A stretch of 64,000 nt of DNA from Parasitella parasitica NRRL 2501 (GCA_025201805.1 MU619239.1:5736-69735); one strand, 5' to 3'; shown: positions 1-13,450, numbered from the stretch's first letter. The notes: generated from the sequence alone by a model not told the origin. Translations and numbers: made by a program.

Positions 1-1332
1 TGTTTCGACAAGTATAACAACACATCATTGGACAGTCTCCAATCTTTAATTGAAGTAAACTATCATGATCTCCTAACCTACATTATGGCAGATCATTTAT
101 AACTAAACATGACATGTTCATGGACAATAGATACAATCTATCGTTCCACTTGTTATGTCAAAAGTCTGATAAAATAAATCTGCCAAAGAATTACACTTTT
201 TGTTATGTCAAAATGAGTCAGTAAAATGAATCTGCCAAAGAGTTACACTTTTATTTGAAATACATCCTCTGGATGTATTTATATAAACTAACATTATGTG
301 CTAACGTCATCATACACAACTGTAACCAAGATTTATATATAGAGCATGCGGTGTAAATCCCTGATTAACCACGCACCTTGGCTTTTAGCCCCTTGATCTT
401 GCTATAAGGTCTATGACATGTTATTGATATAACACTTTTATTCATAATACATCTTTCGATGTATTATATACACATTCATTACGCGAGGGTTCTACTGTCT
501 AACTTAACAATGTAAACCATGACTACCCATGGTTTACTGTAAGACCCTAGGACTGATCTAAGACCCTGATGCGAGACCTTGCCATGTTATTGATATAACA
601 CCACTCTCTATATTACACTATCATGAACCTGTCAAGCCTTCAAGGCAAATAATTATTCATCTTGATCTAAAAATACATATCACCTCGCTCCTCCCTAATC
701 GATCCATATTACATTCTTGCCCCTCTGATCCATGCTGTCATTCTTGCCATACTCATTCACATTATACTATTGACTTATTGATCCACGATACCATATTTAC
801 CTAATTGATCCACATTATAGGGAATAGTCTAGTTCGCATTTCAGTGAACTTGATAGCTCGCAAAAAAGTATAAATAGAGGCCATTTTGACCATCAAAGAA
901 AGGGTTCTTCGTCAGATCTCCTCGTCAAATTCCTTTATTAAATATCCCAAGCAATCTTCTTATTTTTCTCCACCTTTCCCTTATTAAATAATAACCTCCT
1001 TGTTTAAAATAAACTTCTGTATATCTTCTCTTATTAATATGTCCCTGATTATCTAATAAGGCCGTGGATCCTCGATACACACTATGTCTCATACTTGCAT
1101 CTTATTCCCCCATCGGTCCACTTAGATTCACTAGTATATAAACCATCATATTTTCCATGTGATAAACAAGATCTTAACCTGACTAATTCACAACCGTTTT
1201 ATTTGAATAATTTCTCATTCTGATAAATCAACTAGCGGACAACTTTACAAGGACTCTAGGAATTGGAAATTTCCTTCTTCCTTTATCTGGTCTCTCTCTT
1301 ATTATTAAAAAATAAATTGAAACTTGATAACA
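1..1332. mobile_element. Possible LTR or other transposon-derived non-coding remnant
   Basis: About 1.3 kb with no ORF. Contains internal repeats (tgttatgtcaaaa...atctgccaaaga.ttacacttt twice at ~151-252; catgttattgatataacac at ~417 and ~584) and TATAAATA at ~869. Ends in ...ttgataaCA at 1332. No partner LTR, PBS or pol sequence is seen. Confidence 0.3.
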
Positions 1333-1792
1333 GCGAATCATTTTCTGCTTCCTGTGTTTTATATTACGTTTAGGAGTTGTATCCATATAAAGGCTATAAC
1401 ACAATTATAATGTACGGATCATAAGTTAATCGTTGGTAACTCTTTTACAAATAAGGAATAAGCTACAAGTTTTAATTGAACCTCTTGCAAGGTTCTAGGC
1501 TTATTCAAAGATTATATCAAGATCAGATCGCGGGATGTCGGGAAGATATCCTACCTAATCTTCTCTTTAATGTAAAATAGAAGAATAGGTCTGTCCTGGA
1601 AACGTTGTGATTTAATAATGCTTGACACTTCTTGTCAAACATCAGATGTTGTGCGGATAGACATTGATTGGAATATATTTTAGTATAAATAAATAATTAT
1701 AATGCATAACTTTTACACTGTTTTTGTTTATTTTATTTAATTTGAATGAAATGTTCCACGGTTATGATTGTGAAGGTTTATGTTTTTTAAAA

Positions 1793-3271
1793 TTAAATCA
1801 AGTCGGTAACTAGAAAAACCAAATTAGTCAATCATTGGTATAGCCAAAATACCTTTCAACTTACCATTCATTGGCATTTCGTCAATTTGTGTGCTATAAT
1901 ATTGCTCGATATCACGCAAAATCTTAAGATCATCATTCTTTACAAAGTTGATTGCAACACCTTTACGACCGAAACGACCTGATCTACCAATACGATGAAT
2001 ATAATTTTCACGGTTGGCAGGTAAATCGTAATTGATGACCAACGAAACTTGTTGAACATCGATACCACGAGCCCAAACATCAGTTGTGATCAATACTCGG
2101 CTAAAAAAAAATACAAGGGGAATTATTATTTACTTAACATTTGATCGTAAATCAAGTAGTCTACCTAGCACCTTGACGAAATTCCTGCATAATAGCATCG
2201 CGCTCCTTTTGAGGCATATCACCATGCATAGCGGACACCGTGAAATTTGCCTCTCTCATTTTTTCAGTTAACCAGTCGACCTGTAAATTCTAGTATCAGA
2301 CGAATATTTTTTTTGGCTCCAACTAAATTTTTGCTAACCTTTCTTCTAGTATTGCAGAAAATAACAGCCTGTGTAATTGTAAGAGTATCATAAAGATCAC
2401 ATAATGTATCAAACTTCCATTCTTCACGCTCAACGGCGACAAAGAACTGTTTGATGCCTTCCAAGGTCAATTCATCACGCTTCACAAGAATACGAATAGG
2501 ATCTGTCATAAAATTATTGGTCATCTCCAAAACATCGTTGGGTAATGTGGCGGATAAAAGAACAACTTGCGTTCCAGGAGGCAGATAGCGATAAACATCG
2601 TAAATTTGATCCTTGAACCCCAAATTCAAAAGTTCATCCGCTTCATCAAGAACCAACATTTTGATATTACGAGTACGCAAAGAACGACGACGGATCATGT
2701 CAAACACACGACCAGGTGTTCCAGAAATAACTTGAGATCCTGCTTCCAACTTACGGATATCCTCGCCTATATTAGTACCACCGATACATGCATGGCACTC
2801 CACGTTCATATAATCGCCAAGTGCCAAAACAACGCTTTGGATTTGTGTAGCTAATTCGCGAGTTGGTGACAAGATTAATGCTTGTGTTTCCTTGGTGCTG
2901 GTGTCAATAGCTTGTAGGACTGAAATAGAAAAGGTAGCAGTTTTACCAGTGCCAGACTGGGCTTGAGCGATAACATCACGTCCCTTAATAATGGGGACAA
3001 TAGCTATTTATAAATGTGTGAGTATTGCATTTGATTTGAAGTGTAATGGGTGATGACAAACCTCTTTGTTGGATAGCTGAAGGTTTTTCAAAGTTATAAG
3101 CATAAATGCCACGAAGCAAATCCTCTTTTAACCCGATAGAGTCGAAAGTGGGTACAACTTTAACCTACAGAAGATGACCGTAAATAACACTTTACATGCA
3201 GAATCCGCCAAACATACACTTCCAGATGTCTCGAAGGCGAGCTTGTCGTCGGCAGAATGGTCGAAAGACAT
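1793..3271 (-). CDS. FAL1: DEAD-box RNA helicase eIF4A-III (exon junction complex core), multi-exon
   Basis: Spliced reading gives [32 protein letters not shown] and [21 protein letters not shown] and '[26 protein letters not shown]' are typical of eIF4A-III. ATG at 3271; last mini-exon encodes VTDLI* ending at 1793. Confidence 0.92.
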
Positions 3272-3613
3272 TGTAAAAAGTACTACTAAAGACTAAAAGA
3301 AGGGTCTGTAGATATGTAGACGCTCTGAAGAGAAAAAAATTCACTCAAATGACGTCTGATGCACAGTCCCAGTGATTATTATGGCTGAGAACAAGGCAAA
3401 CACTCTGGTACGTTCATCCGTATTGTTAAAGATGCTGATACGCATATATGCCCTAGAGAGCAAATTGAGTGATGGTTGTTTATTGAAAGACTGATTCATG
3501 ATAAACCAATTTTTTTTACTGCTTGGATAAGATGCGACGGATGTTCAATGAGATGTATGTTTACAATGAATGCCATGTGCAATGTGTAATGTTTGAAATA
3601 TTTTTTTTCAGCG

Positions 3614-4861
3614 CTAAAAAGTGTAGCGATCCATGAAAAAATGGGCAAAATCTGGATCATCATCTTCAATGTCATCGTATAATCCATCGTAAATCAAATC
3701 TTCTACGAACGCTTCATCATATTCTTCGAGGTAGTCCTCGTCTATATCGACGCCGATATCAATATCCTCATCTTCGTCGTCCATGAGTTCATTCATAAAG
3801 TCTTCATTCGCGAATTCACTCATAAAATACTGTCGGCTTAAGTTTTCGAGGAATAAAAAATTGGAGGCGGTCCACGTTGGCTTCTTTTCCCCGTTATTTT
3901 CATGGAAATGCTCGTTCTTGTATTGATAAGATACATGGATACGCTTGGCTTTGGTTGCAAAGGCTTTAAATTTGATTAAAATATTGGTTGCTTGTGTTTC
4001 CTTTAAATTTTTGTCAGGCACAACAGTAGATGCCAACAAAAGTAAGCTTTCAAGATTGGTGAATCTTGTACTGATGTATTCCAAAGATTTGATATCGATG
4101 CTTGATACTCCCAGTTTGAATTTTGTCAGTGATGGATACTCCACTAGAGTAGGATCGGATGGCAATTCATTCAATGTGTTGGTAATCTTACCAATGCCAT
4201 CCAATTCGAGCTCTTGCAAGCGATCATTATTCTTGAGCAGTTCAGTCAGGTTGATATCCGCAATCTTTTCGATCAATGAACTGCATTGTGCCTTTAAGGA
4301 TGTCAGTTGCGGAAAATACGAGGCAAATGCCACCAAACCACCATAATTCTGTAATGCGGCATTGTCTCTCATGTCCATGATTTCAACTGAAGTGATTGTG
4401 GCACGAAAGCGGTAGTTGACCCATAGATGGAATCGTCGCACTGCAGGAGAGCATTCTAATAAGTGTAGAATTTGTATTTTCTGGATGTTTGGTAGCAGTG
4501 CTTCTTTGCAATTGAGGCTTTTGAGATAGTGAAACACGTCAGTCATTTCAAATTGCAGTTCGAGGAGATTTGAGCAAAGGCTGATGACCGCCCTAAAGAC
4601 TTCAGGAGAGGCCATACCTGTAGACAAATGGTTGATTGTGATGCGTGATATTTTGGGACCCAATACTGCATATTCCTTCAAGTCTTTTGAGAGATTATAC
4701 AAACGACTATCGCTCATATTTATCTGAATATCTTGGTTAAAGAATGAGCGAGCAATATAATTCCACGGTCTGGATACAAGCAGACATGTCTTAAGGCCTT
4801 GCTTGTCTACCAAGTCGAACACTTGCTTCCAAAGCTCGGGCGGTAGATGAAGCTCTGTCAT
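3614..4861 (-). CDS. F-box domain protein with LRR-like body and acidic C-terminal tail
   Basis: Intronless 415-aa ORF. N-terminal LPPELWKQVF...CLLVSRPW matches the F-box consensus, followed by Leu-rich repeats and a D/E-rich tail. Confidence 0.75.
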   Translation of the reverse strand: MTELHLPPELWKQVFDLVDKQGLKTCLLVSRPWNYIARSFFNQDIQINMSDSRLYNLSKDLKEYAVLGPKISRITINHLSTGMASPEVFRAVISLCSNLLELQFEMTDVFHYLKSLNCKEALLPNIQKIQILHLLECSPAVRRFHLWVNYRFRATITSVEIMDMRDNAALQNYGGLVAFASYFPQLTSLKAQCSSLIEKIADINLTELLKNNDRLQELELDGIGKITNTLNELPSDPTLVEYPSLTKFKLGVSSIDIKSLEYISTRFTNLESLLLLASTVVPDKNLKETQATNILIKFKAFATKAKRIHVSYQYKNEHFHENNGEKKPTWTASNFLFLENLSRQYFMSEFANEDFMNELMDDEDEDIDIGVDIDEDYLEEYDEAFVEDLIYDGLYDDIEDDDPDFAHFFMDRYTF

Positions 4862-5252
4862 GATTTATGCTCGAGGGAGAAAGGAAGACTCTTTTTTATT
4901 TTTTTTTATTTTTTATTTTTACAAGCGGCATTTATGTATATCATCCCTACTGTGCTTCCAACGCTGTCTTTAATCAGATGTAACAATTGAAGCTTATAGC
5001 CTGTTGATATGTATGATGTTAAAAGACAAATTAAAGTTACTCATTGACATGAAACACCCGATTTCCTGCGAACCAAATGCCTAATTAATTTCTTCAAAAA
5101 TGAACTGCCTGCCCCTCCAAGTTTCCTATCATGTCCAAATATGGCTATGCTTCGTTTTCTCTGGTATGTTTGGATATGTACCGAGTATATAAACACTTTC
5201 ATTCCAAAACTATTTCAGCTGTTCTATACCTTCTTCTTTTGTACAAAAAAAT

Positions 5253-6566
5253 ATGGGCTACGGACAGAGTAATCAAGATGACACAAAATACCAGCAAATA
5301 TCGCTTACCGTAAATACATTGGAGCTACCATCACCTTCGTCATCTGTGGTCGCATCCAAGAAGGTTAGGAGCGTGCCGTCATTTGTCACTGCTGGTCTAC
5401 CCATCCTCACTTACTGTGTAGCAAGCATCGTAATGACAGTGACAAACAAGTATGTCGTGAGTGGTGATTTCAACATGGTGTTCTTCCTGTTGACTATCCA
5501 AAGTCTGGTAACTGTGTTTTTTGCAAGTATTCAAATTCCTCAATCTGATCAAATACCGTGAGTTTGATGCCGAAACAGCCAAAAAATGGTATCCTATCGT
5601 AATATTTTTGGTGGCTATGATCTACACTGGTTCAAAAGCGCTACAGTACCTGCCAATTCCAGTATACACAATCTTTAAGAACTTGACCATCATTCTAATT
5701 GCTTATGGTGAGGTGCTTTGGTTTGGAGGAAGTGTTACCTCCATGGTGATGGTGTCTTTTGGCTTAATAACTCTGTCATCTGTCATTGCTGGCTGGCACG
5801 ATGTATCTTCTGCCGTGCAATCCATGCTTGAAGTTTCGACAGCTTTTACAGCTGTAAGTAGCACTAATATGCTGGGCTACTTTTGGATGGCTGTCAATTG
5901 CATTTCATCTGCTTCGTTCGTGCTGTATATGCGTAAACGAATCAAGTTGACCAACTTTAAAGATTTTGATACAGTCTATTACAACAACTTGCTCTCTGTT
6001 CCATTGCTAATTATTCCTAGTTTGCTGCTAGAAGACTGGTCTGAGAAAAACTTGCTGATGAATTTGTAAGTATTTACAAAGATGTAGACATTCTGGATGT
6101 TTTTTTTGCTAACATGGTACGGACAAAAAAAAAGCCCTCCTGAGCAGCGGCAGGCACGTATCTGGGCTATGGTATTTTCTGGCATTTCAGCATTCGGTAT
6201 GTCTTATGCTTCTGCGTGGTGTGTGCGCACAACATCCTCAACTACTTATTCTATGGTGGGCTCGTTGAATAAGCTGCCTATTGCTGTCTCGGGCATTGTG
6301 TTTTTTGGTGATGTGGCCACTTTTAGCAATGTATCAGCCATCTTGATTGGTAAGTTTTTGTGCAGATTTGTGGTCATTTGACTTCATATTGATCTGGACC
6401 AATTTTAGGTTTTGTCGCCGGTATGGTTTATTCGTATGCCAAGGCATTCCCTAGCAAAAAGTCCAAGGATGCGTCCATTTGCACCGTTTCCTCCGCATCA
6501 AGCCAAAGTTATTCTGATGCAAACAATGTCAATGAGAAGATAAACATTGAAAAAATGGGCTCATGA
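5253..6566 (+). CDS. VRG4: Golgi GDP-mannose transporter (apparent frameshift at ~5517-5522)
   Basis: Contains [44 protein letters not shown] and [12 protein letters not shown] (GALNK-type motif). Introns at ~6066-6134 and ~6350-6408. The frame changes within a T run. Confidence 0.88.
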
Positions 6567-6736
6567 ACATCTTGAGCCATTGCATCTACACTTCTTGCGC
6601 ATTACTGAATTATTCAATCTAATTTTATTTTACACAAGTCTACCCAATTCTATAAAAACACAATCCTTTGTGGAAAGTTTCAGCATATCCGTGCACGTTT
6701 ATGTATGTGTGCGTGTAAAAAAAGGGGGGGGGTATT

Positions 6737-7435
6737 CTATCGTTGCTTTAAATGCTTGATTGCCATATCAACAAAGAATTCATGAAGACGGTTATCGTTT
6801 GTTAATTCAGGATGGAATGCTGTTGCAAAGAGATGATCCTCTATGACGGCCACAGCTGTTTCAGCCTCGGTTTGGCCATGCTTCTGTTCCAAGCGACCAA
6901 CAATCTTTACCCTTGGTGATTTGATCTCTGCAATGACAGGTGCACGGATGAAAACAGCATCAAAAGGCTCATCTCCCAATAATTCGGGCAGATGCAGTTT
7001 GGTCTGGAAGCTCTCCTTTTGAGATCCAAATTGATTACGCTGCACAACCACATCCAAGGCATTGAAGAGTTGCTGGCCGCCCCTCTTGGCTCCAGTAGCC
7101 TCCTTTGCCAGCATAATCATACCTGCACAAGTACCCCAAGTAGGCTTCTTTTGTACAAAAGTACGCAAGGGTTCTAACATGTTGCAGCGCTCGGCGATAA
7201 GAGCCATGGCAGTAGATTCCCCACCGGGAATAATAAGACAATCAACATCATCCAGCTGTTGTTCAGTGCGGACTGGGATTGCCTCCTTGACTTGAGGGAT
7301 TCTGTTCAACATATGGATGTGCTCGATAAAAGCACCTTGCAAAGCTGAACTCAAACAATCGTTTAACACTACAATTTCTATAGTTGAAAGCGAAATCTTA
7401 CCGAGGACACCAACAGTGATACTAGCAGTAGTCAT
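6737..7435 (-). CDS. SNO1: Pyridoxal 5'-phosphate synthase glutaminase subunit (PDX2/SNO)
   Basis: Removing the 57-nt intron 7345-7401 restores GVLALQG. Also has PGGEST, GTCAG (catalytic Cys), FIRAP and FHPE. Confidence 0.93.
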   Translation of the reverse strand: MTTASITVGVLGKISLSTIEIVVLNDCLSSALQGAFIEHIHMLNRIPQVKEAIPVRTEQQLDDVDCLIIPGGESTAMALIAERCNMLEPLRTFVQKKPTWGTCAGMIMLAKEATGAKRGGQQLFNALDVVVQRNQFGSQKESFQTKLHLPELLGDEPFDAVFIRAPVIAEIKSPRVKIVGRLEQKHGQTEAETAVAVIEDHLFATAFHPELTNDNRLHEFFVDMAIKHLKQR

Positions 7436-7792
7436 TTTTCAAGATATCAGTCAAAGGAAAAAGGGGGTACAAGCCTTTCATCCTAGAAAAATCGTCTTAT
7501 ATAGCAGCTGAAACCTAGCAAAGATGACTCCAAATGATGCGAAACGTCACAGCATCTCCCCCACCTTCCATGAAATGTCAACTTTTTCACCATTTTTAGA
7601 AGTCTTTAAGCCAATAAAAGCTGCTTTTATTTTTCAGGAACATGGACAATGGGCTTGAGTACAGACGAGAATAAGAGAAAGCAACACCCTGTTGGATATT
7701 GCACTAATTTCATTTGATAAAGTTTATCAACAGATAAACAAACCAAAGCATTGCTCGGATATATATAAACGGAGGTTATTTTTATTAACTCA

Positions 7793-9522
7793 TTATTGCA
7801 TTTTAGAATGGGGTTCTATTTGCTTTGTGATCGACTCGAGCACAGTCTGAAGGGAAGTCGAATTATATCGTGGCTCTGTGCTCGTAGGGTCGGTTTCTGC
7901 AACGATGCAGCGAATGCCTAATGCCTCCACAGCACCCACATCTACATGGACCATGGAATTTGAGAGATAAACCATGTGTGTAATGTAGGTCGATGGGGGC
8001 TCATTAGGTACTAGTTCTGGCGGGAATGGAGTCGAGACACAAGGAGCGTTGATGAAAGCACCATTGGCAGGATAGCCCTCCTGTTGGCCGCTTGCTGTCG
8101 AGTTGGAGCTTGATGTCTGCAACTTACCAATACCAGGAGGAGGCCAATGTCTAAACCCATGATCAACCGGCCTACGATAAAAGTCGTTTTGTGAATGGCC
8201 ATGTTGGCGCAGGCTCCCAGCCATGGGGTCATCTTCAGCATGTGTATCGTAGTACTTTCTGCGAGCGTCAATCAACTGACTCTCATTTAATGCATTGGTG
8301 ATCGTGCCTATGAAATCGAGGGCGGTGTAACCATCTGTTTCACGATCTGTGGTTCCATTCAGGATGAGAATTTTGTGTCGCAATGAAGGCGAATGGGCAA
8401 TAGCATGGCCTACTTTTCTCAGAATCAAACATGGCAGAATAGAAGTGTACAGCGAACCAATAGAGTAAACGAGATCCGTGCGTTTGGTTAAATGGTCCAG
8501 GATTTTGGGGTTAGGGAGAGGATATATTTCCTGGCCGTATTCGTTCATGTAATATATTCTGGCAATAGCGGCAGACATTTTAGCTTCTGTTGATTTACTG
8601 AAAATCAGGTTACTATTCACTTGATCATTGTCTAATTGAGGCGAGTTCGGAAGCGCTAATTTGGAGAATGCGTCAATGGGATTCATTGATTTGGTGCAGC
8701 TCTGGTTCAGTCCCGGATGGCTGATTTCACACTGACCACGCAGTGTTTGTCCATCTTCCAATAGCGCAGCAATTGCAGCAGTGTGATTTGTGTTGATGAC
8801 AGGCAAAACGTAGGTTGGCTCACGAATAGCAGTAATCGACGAAAACAAGAAAATAGCTGCCTCCAACGACCCAAAGAACAGCCTTGCGCCTGTTAGAAAG
8901 AAATTGCCAATGGATCCGTTACGAAAATTAAAGTGTTTGTGAGCTCTTTTCAGAATTTCAAAGTTGAACAAAACCAAAAAGCCTCTAATCGTTTCTTTCT
9001 TTTCGATGGAAATTCTCTCCCATAGCCTAAGAATGTTTTTAGTCATGACTTTGCATTGTAGCTATCAGCCGAAAAAAAAAGGCTTGTACCTGTGGCGCCC
9101 TTCCACAATCATTGCCCATTCATCTCGAATAACATTTTCGTCACCTATCGAAGTCAACCGGTAACTCAGCAACTCTTTAATAGCAACTCGTTCATCAGAA
9201 TCATGTCCATCTACGTTGATCAAACGAGTGAGACGAGAACGAAGATCACCGATACTAGGTCCTCCTAAAACTCTTAGCAATTCGCTCTATATCTTTGAAT
9301 TAGCTTTGTTTGCCTTTATCGTACAGTATATACAGCATAAATTACAGTCGAGCCGCCATTGTCAGAAACACCTAATACGTAGCAAACACTGGGAGTTATC
9401 GACTGAAATGCGGTTGCTAGGGAAATACATTATGGATCAAGTAGTTGCAGTTTAGTAGCATTCTTACAGATAAAGTTACAGGCAGATCCTCCTGAAAACA
9501 CTACAAATGATGAATCAGGCAT
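7793..9522 (-). CDS. CofD/UPF0052 (YvcK-like) family protein, multi-exon
   Basis: Spliced N-terminus MPDSSFVVFSGGSACN...VSDNGGST SELLRVLGGPSIGDLRSRL, then FRNGSIGNFFLTGARLFFGSL and YSIGSLYTSILP. Confidence 0.82.
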
Positions 9523-9729
9523 AGTGTGGATGCGAGAAAAGAAAAATGCATATGATCCGCCAGCAAATGCTCCTCTTTTTGTACAGGCTTTGGTTTAGAC
9601 CTGCGCTCACACAGTCACCACAAACAAACGGAATATGTGCTTAAAACTAACAGGAAGCCACACTAAAACAGACGTGGAAATACACTATAGTTACGGTATG
9701 CAAATGAACTTTATTTACTATTAATGTAA

Positions 9730-10316
9730 TTATCCAAACATGTCATTATAGCCCTACGTAAGCAATGTAAATCATATTAGTGTTGGAATCAATCCAATTG
9801 TGCTTCATATTGACTTACAGGTGGCTGGAGCTCATCGTTATCTGGCTCCCCACTGTGAAATCCTCTTGGATCTCTTCTGCCAAGCCTGTTTCCAGATGGG
9901 GGTCTAACAGGTAAACTACCAAACGGCCCAATAGGGTCAAAACGTGCGCCAGGTGGCACTGATCCTCTAATACAAACCATGTCGTGTCAATTTGTGTTTG
10001 ATCAAGAGCTACAAAAATCCTACCTTGGTAATGGTTCAGGTCCACCAAATAAGCCTGATGGATCGTGAAGATTGTCACCACCACGATTTCCGAATATAGG
10101 ATGACCAGGACCAACACGCATGCCTCCTCCTCCTCCCAGCCCAGAGAGCGGATTCCAATCCGATCTGCCAACATCAGGGAATGCAGGATCGTCAGTTGAG
10201 CCAAAAATAGGCGGTTGTGTTGCTATGTTTGTATTTGGAATCAAAGGCTCTCTTACAGGTGGAACTGCGGATGTATTTGTAGTAGTTGTAGTAGCAGTAG
10301 TGGATGAGCCGCTGAA

Positions 10317-10347
<31 letters not shown>

Positions 10348-11031
10348 AATATGATGTCAAGCAATGCTTCTTTGTGTTATTTTACCTGTTGCTTTCATCT
10401 TCATATCCAGGCTTGTTCAATCCAGGAATCAGACGCTGCAGAATATTCAATTTGTAGGCCATGATGAAATCATTGAAGCGGGTCGAAGAAATAAATCCGT
10501 GGATCAAAGGCTGGTCTGATGTGGATGCGTTGTATGGAAAGAACGAATTTGAGGTGTAGTCTTCAATTGTGATTTCGAATGTAGCCGTCTTGTTGTCCTG
10601 GACAAAACGTATTAGACGCACCCTCTTTGCTCAAAAAAGAGCTCTTTTCCTTACCCCGATGCCCAAACCCAGAATGATGCATTTATCAGCCAGTCTGACA
10701 ACCTTGATCACAAACGTCAGACTAGACTGCGGATGACTATATCTGAAATTATAACAATGCGGTCCTTGTTGATTCCAACCATCTGGCAGCCTTTTTAAAG
10801 AACCGTCTCCTTCTAAAAAGGACATTAGTGTTTGCTATTTGTCACCTACAATTGGTACCTACCTTGGCATGCGTCGTCGCCAAGTCCAGCAAAACGGAAG
10901 CCGACATTTATCATAATGCTATGACATGCAGCAGCTATAGCGTCGTACGGGGTGGACAACGTTGGCGTGTTTTGGCTTGTAGAATGAATGATCGAAGCCG
11001 GATCCAATACGTTCTTTTCTTGTTCAGACAT
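9730..11031 (-). CDS. Proteasome inhibitor PI31 (PSMF1/Fub1-like), multi-exon
   Basis: N-terminal FP-domain-like segment (HSIMINVGFRFAGLG, LPDGWN, YNFRYSH), then the Pro-rich C-terminus VPPGARFDPIGP and GEPDNDEL.PP, ending GYNDMFG*. Confidence 0.88.
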
Positions 11032-11442
11032 GTTATGAAGAGATAAAAGGAAAAAAAAAAAAAAAAAACCAATCAGTCTGTATTTGCATATAAAACCATC
11101 ATGATGAAACGTGACGTTTGCAGGAAACCGTTCGAATTTGGATACAAGGAAAAAACATCCTCCCCTCCCCCCATTGTAATTTCTTGGGACTTATGGAATG
11201 GCATGTGGTTTATTTCTTATTCAACAGCCCGTTTTATCTACCGTATTTAATCTCTCTCTTAAAGACTTGGAAATCTCGCTTTTCCTCTCTCCTTTTTTTT
11301 TTTTTTTTTTTTTTTTCTTTTTTTCCCTTTTTTTTTTTTTTTTTTTTTTTTTTACTCATTTCAGACTGATATACTCGTACCATTTCACATCATCCCCTAC
11401 TACCACCACCACCAACAACAACAGCATCGTATTCAAGCCCCG

Positions 11443-12690
11443 ATGACCAGTGCATTCTCTGTGATGTCCTTGAAGAGGAACAGATCAACTGGTACATCCA
11501 AAGCACACAGTGCTGGATCATCTGAGCCTGTTAGTAAGCTATCACGACTCAAGTCAGGGCTGAACATATTCTCCAAGATTTCAGGCGCAATCGCACAACA
11601 TCAGCAAGACAGCAAGTTCAACAGCTATACCAAACGAACCTCATTCATAGGAATTTTACAATATTTCCGTAATGACCAAGACGTCAAGAATAAGTCTTGC
11701 CTCAGACGTAAAGCAACATATGACAGCGATGGGTACTATGAATATCACCACTACCATCGCAAGTTGAATACAAAACAAATGAACGCTCAACAGGTGGAAA
11801 GAAATAATCATACAATGCCCGCTGTGCAAACAAGAAAATTAACCAGTATATTAATAAAGCAGGACGGCACAGCCTCGATGAACCAGCAACCACATCTCCA
11901 TTATCTCGGTCAACCGCCTCTGACCAAAGTCGGCTCCAGAAGATCCAACGCAACACATGTATCGACATCCAACGTTACCATCAAGTCAGAGGATCTTACT
12001 GCCAAAGAGTTTGCAGACATGGCTGGCATCCGCATCTTGTCCGAAGAAGAAGACGACGATGAGGAGGAGCAGGAAAGATACGATGCTGATCCTGATGAGC
12101 TGATTGAAATTGAACGGAAATTTAGTAGTGGCACGTCCACAGACGAAGATGTACACATGCATACCGTGTCGACCTCAAAAAGCTATCTGGACTGTCTGGA
12201 TGAGCACCATCGGTTGTCAGTCATTAGCTACGTGTCTATGCAAAGCTACTCTACCAATAGCAAACCAAAAATATGGGATAACGAGTTTTGGCTAAACCCG
12301 GACGAACAGCATCACTATCATAGCAGCAGAATTAGCCGAAGTAATAGCACTGCTACGCATCGGTCAGCAGCAACTCTATCGAGCGAGCCAGCACCGAAAA
12401 AGCGTCTAGACCGAAAGCCAAGTACGTTAACTGTGGTTGAACCACCTATTTTGCATGAACTACGTACCAGAAACAACGAGAAAAAGGCAGACCAAAATAG
12501 CCATTGTGTAATAAAGAAAGGCCGTTTTGAGATTCATCTAGGTGATGGAAATCCAACATCTGGCGAATTCTTGTCTGTAATACCGACACCAACAGCGAAC
12601 GACAATACTAATACCACCAAAAGCAGCGATCCTAATCAGCAGACCCCAAATGAAGGCGTTTTGGAATGGAAAAGGAAAAGAAAAGACTAA
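11443..12690 (+). CDS. Hypothetical, largely low-complexity protein (415 aa)
   Basis: Long intronless ORF, Ser/His/acidic-rich, with short structured-looking islands (LTAKEFADMAGIRI, IWDNEFW, VIKKGRFEIHL). Preceded by a long pyrimidine tract. Confidence 0.7.
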   Translation: MTSAFSVMSLKRNRSTGTSKAHSAGSSEPVSKLSRLKSGLNIFSKISGAIAQHQQDSKFNSYTKRTSFIGILQYFRNDQDVKNKSCLRRKATYDSDGYYEYHHYHRKLNTKQMNAQQVERNNHTMPAVQTRKLTSILIKQDGTASMNQQPHLHYLGQPPLTKVGSRRSNATHVSTSNVTIKSEDLTAKEFADMAGIRILSEEEDDDEEEQERYDADPDELIEIERKFSSGTSTDEDVHMHTVSTSKSYLDCLDEHHRLSVISYVSMQSYSTNSKPKIWDNEFWLNPDEQHHYHSSRISRSNSTATHRSAATLSSEPAPKKRLDRKPSTLTVVEPPILHELRTRNNEKKADQNSHCVIKKGRFEIHLGDGNPTSGEFLSVIPTPTANDNTNTTKSSDPNQQTPNEGVLEWKRKRKD

Positions 12691-13450
12691 AGCTCTGTCA
12701 TGCCTTACGATTTGTTTCTTTTGTACAATACCACACACATATATATATATCATCATTCATTTATATAGACTCTCTCCTCTCGTTTATACAACTATCCGTA
12801 TATAATACATGGCATTCATATATATATATATATACATATACATAAAACCGCTTTTACCAAAATTTGCATAAATTTGATAATACGGCAATTGCTTTTCGTT
12901 TTGCCATTTTTCACCATTTTGTACAATCATATGACATCAAATTTATGCCAACGAAAGAGTGTAGTTTTTGGATTGCTACCAACAGATAATGCAATGCATT
13001 GTATTGAGCCCACAGACACATCAATGCATAGCATGTTTAGGCCTCATAGTTAGTTGCACACAAACTATTCGATAAAAGGCCTGTATTTTTGTCTTTTGTG
13101 AAAGAGCATTGATTTTATAAACTATCGAGTTGGTCCTGATTGCAATAAATGCTGTTTTTTTGGTTGTCATTATGTCAGTTATACATTGTATCAGACAATT
13201 TTATATTCAACGGTTAGAGAGTGAGGATCTGGCAACGGAAGCAGCGCTTCCTGGTTGTTGTGTTGAGACGTTGTAGCGATCAGCAATAAATTCAGGGGTT
13301 GACAGGCAGTGATTCCTACCCCTTTAAAAATAAAACAGTTTTTCTTAGGTGGCTGCATCAACGGCGTTCGCTTTTGCAAGATCAAATTGAATGAATGCGG
13401 CAACACAGATTTTCCCCCCGGAAAACTCTTCTTGGGTTAGATTTGTTGTG

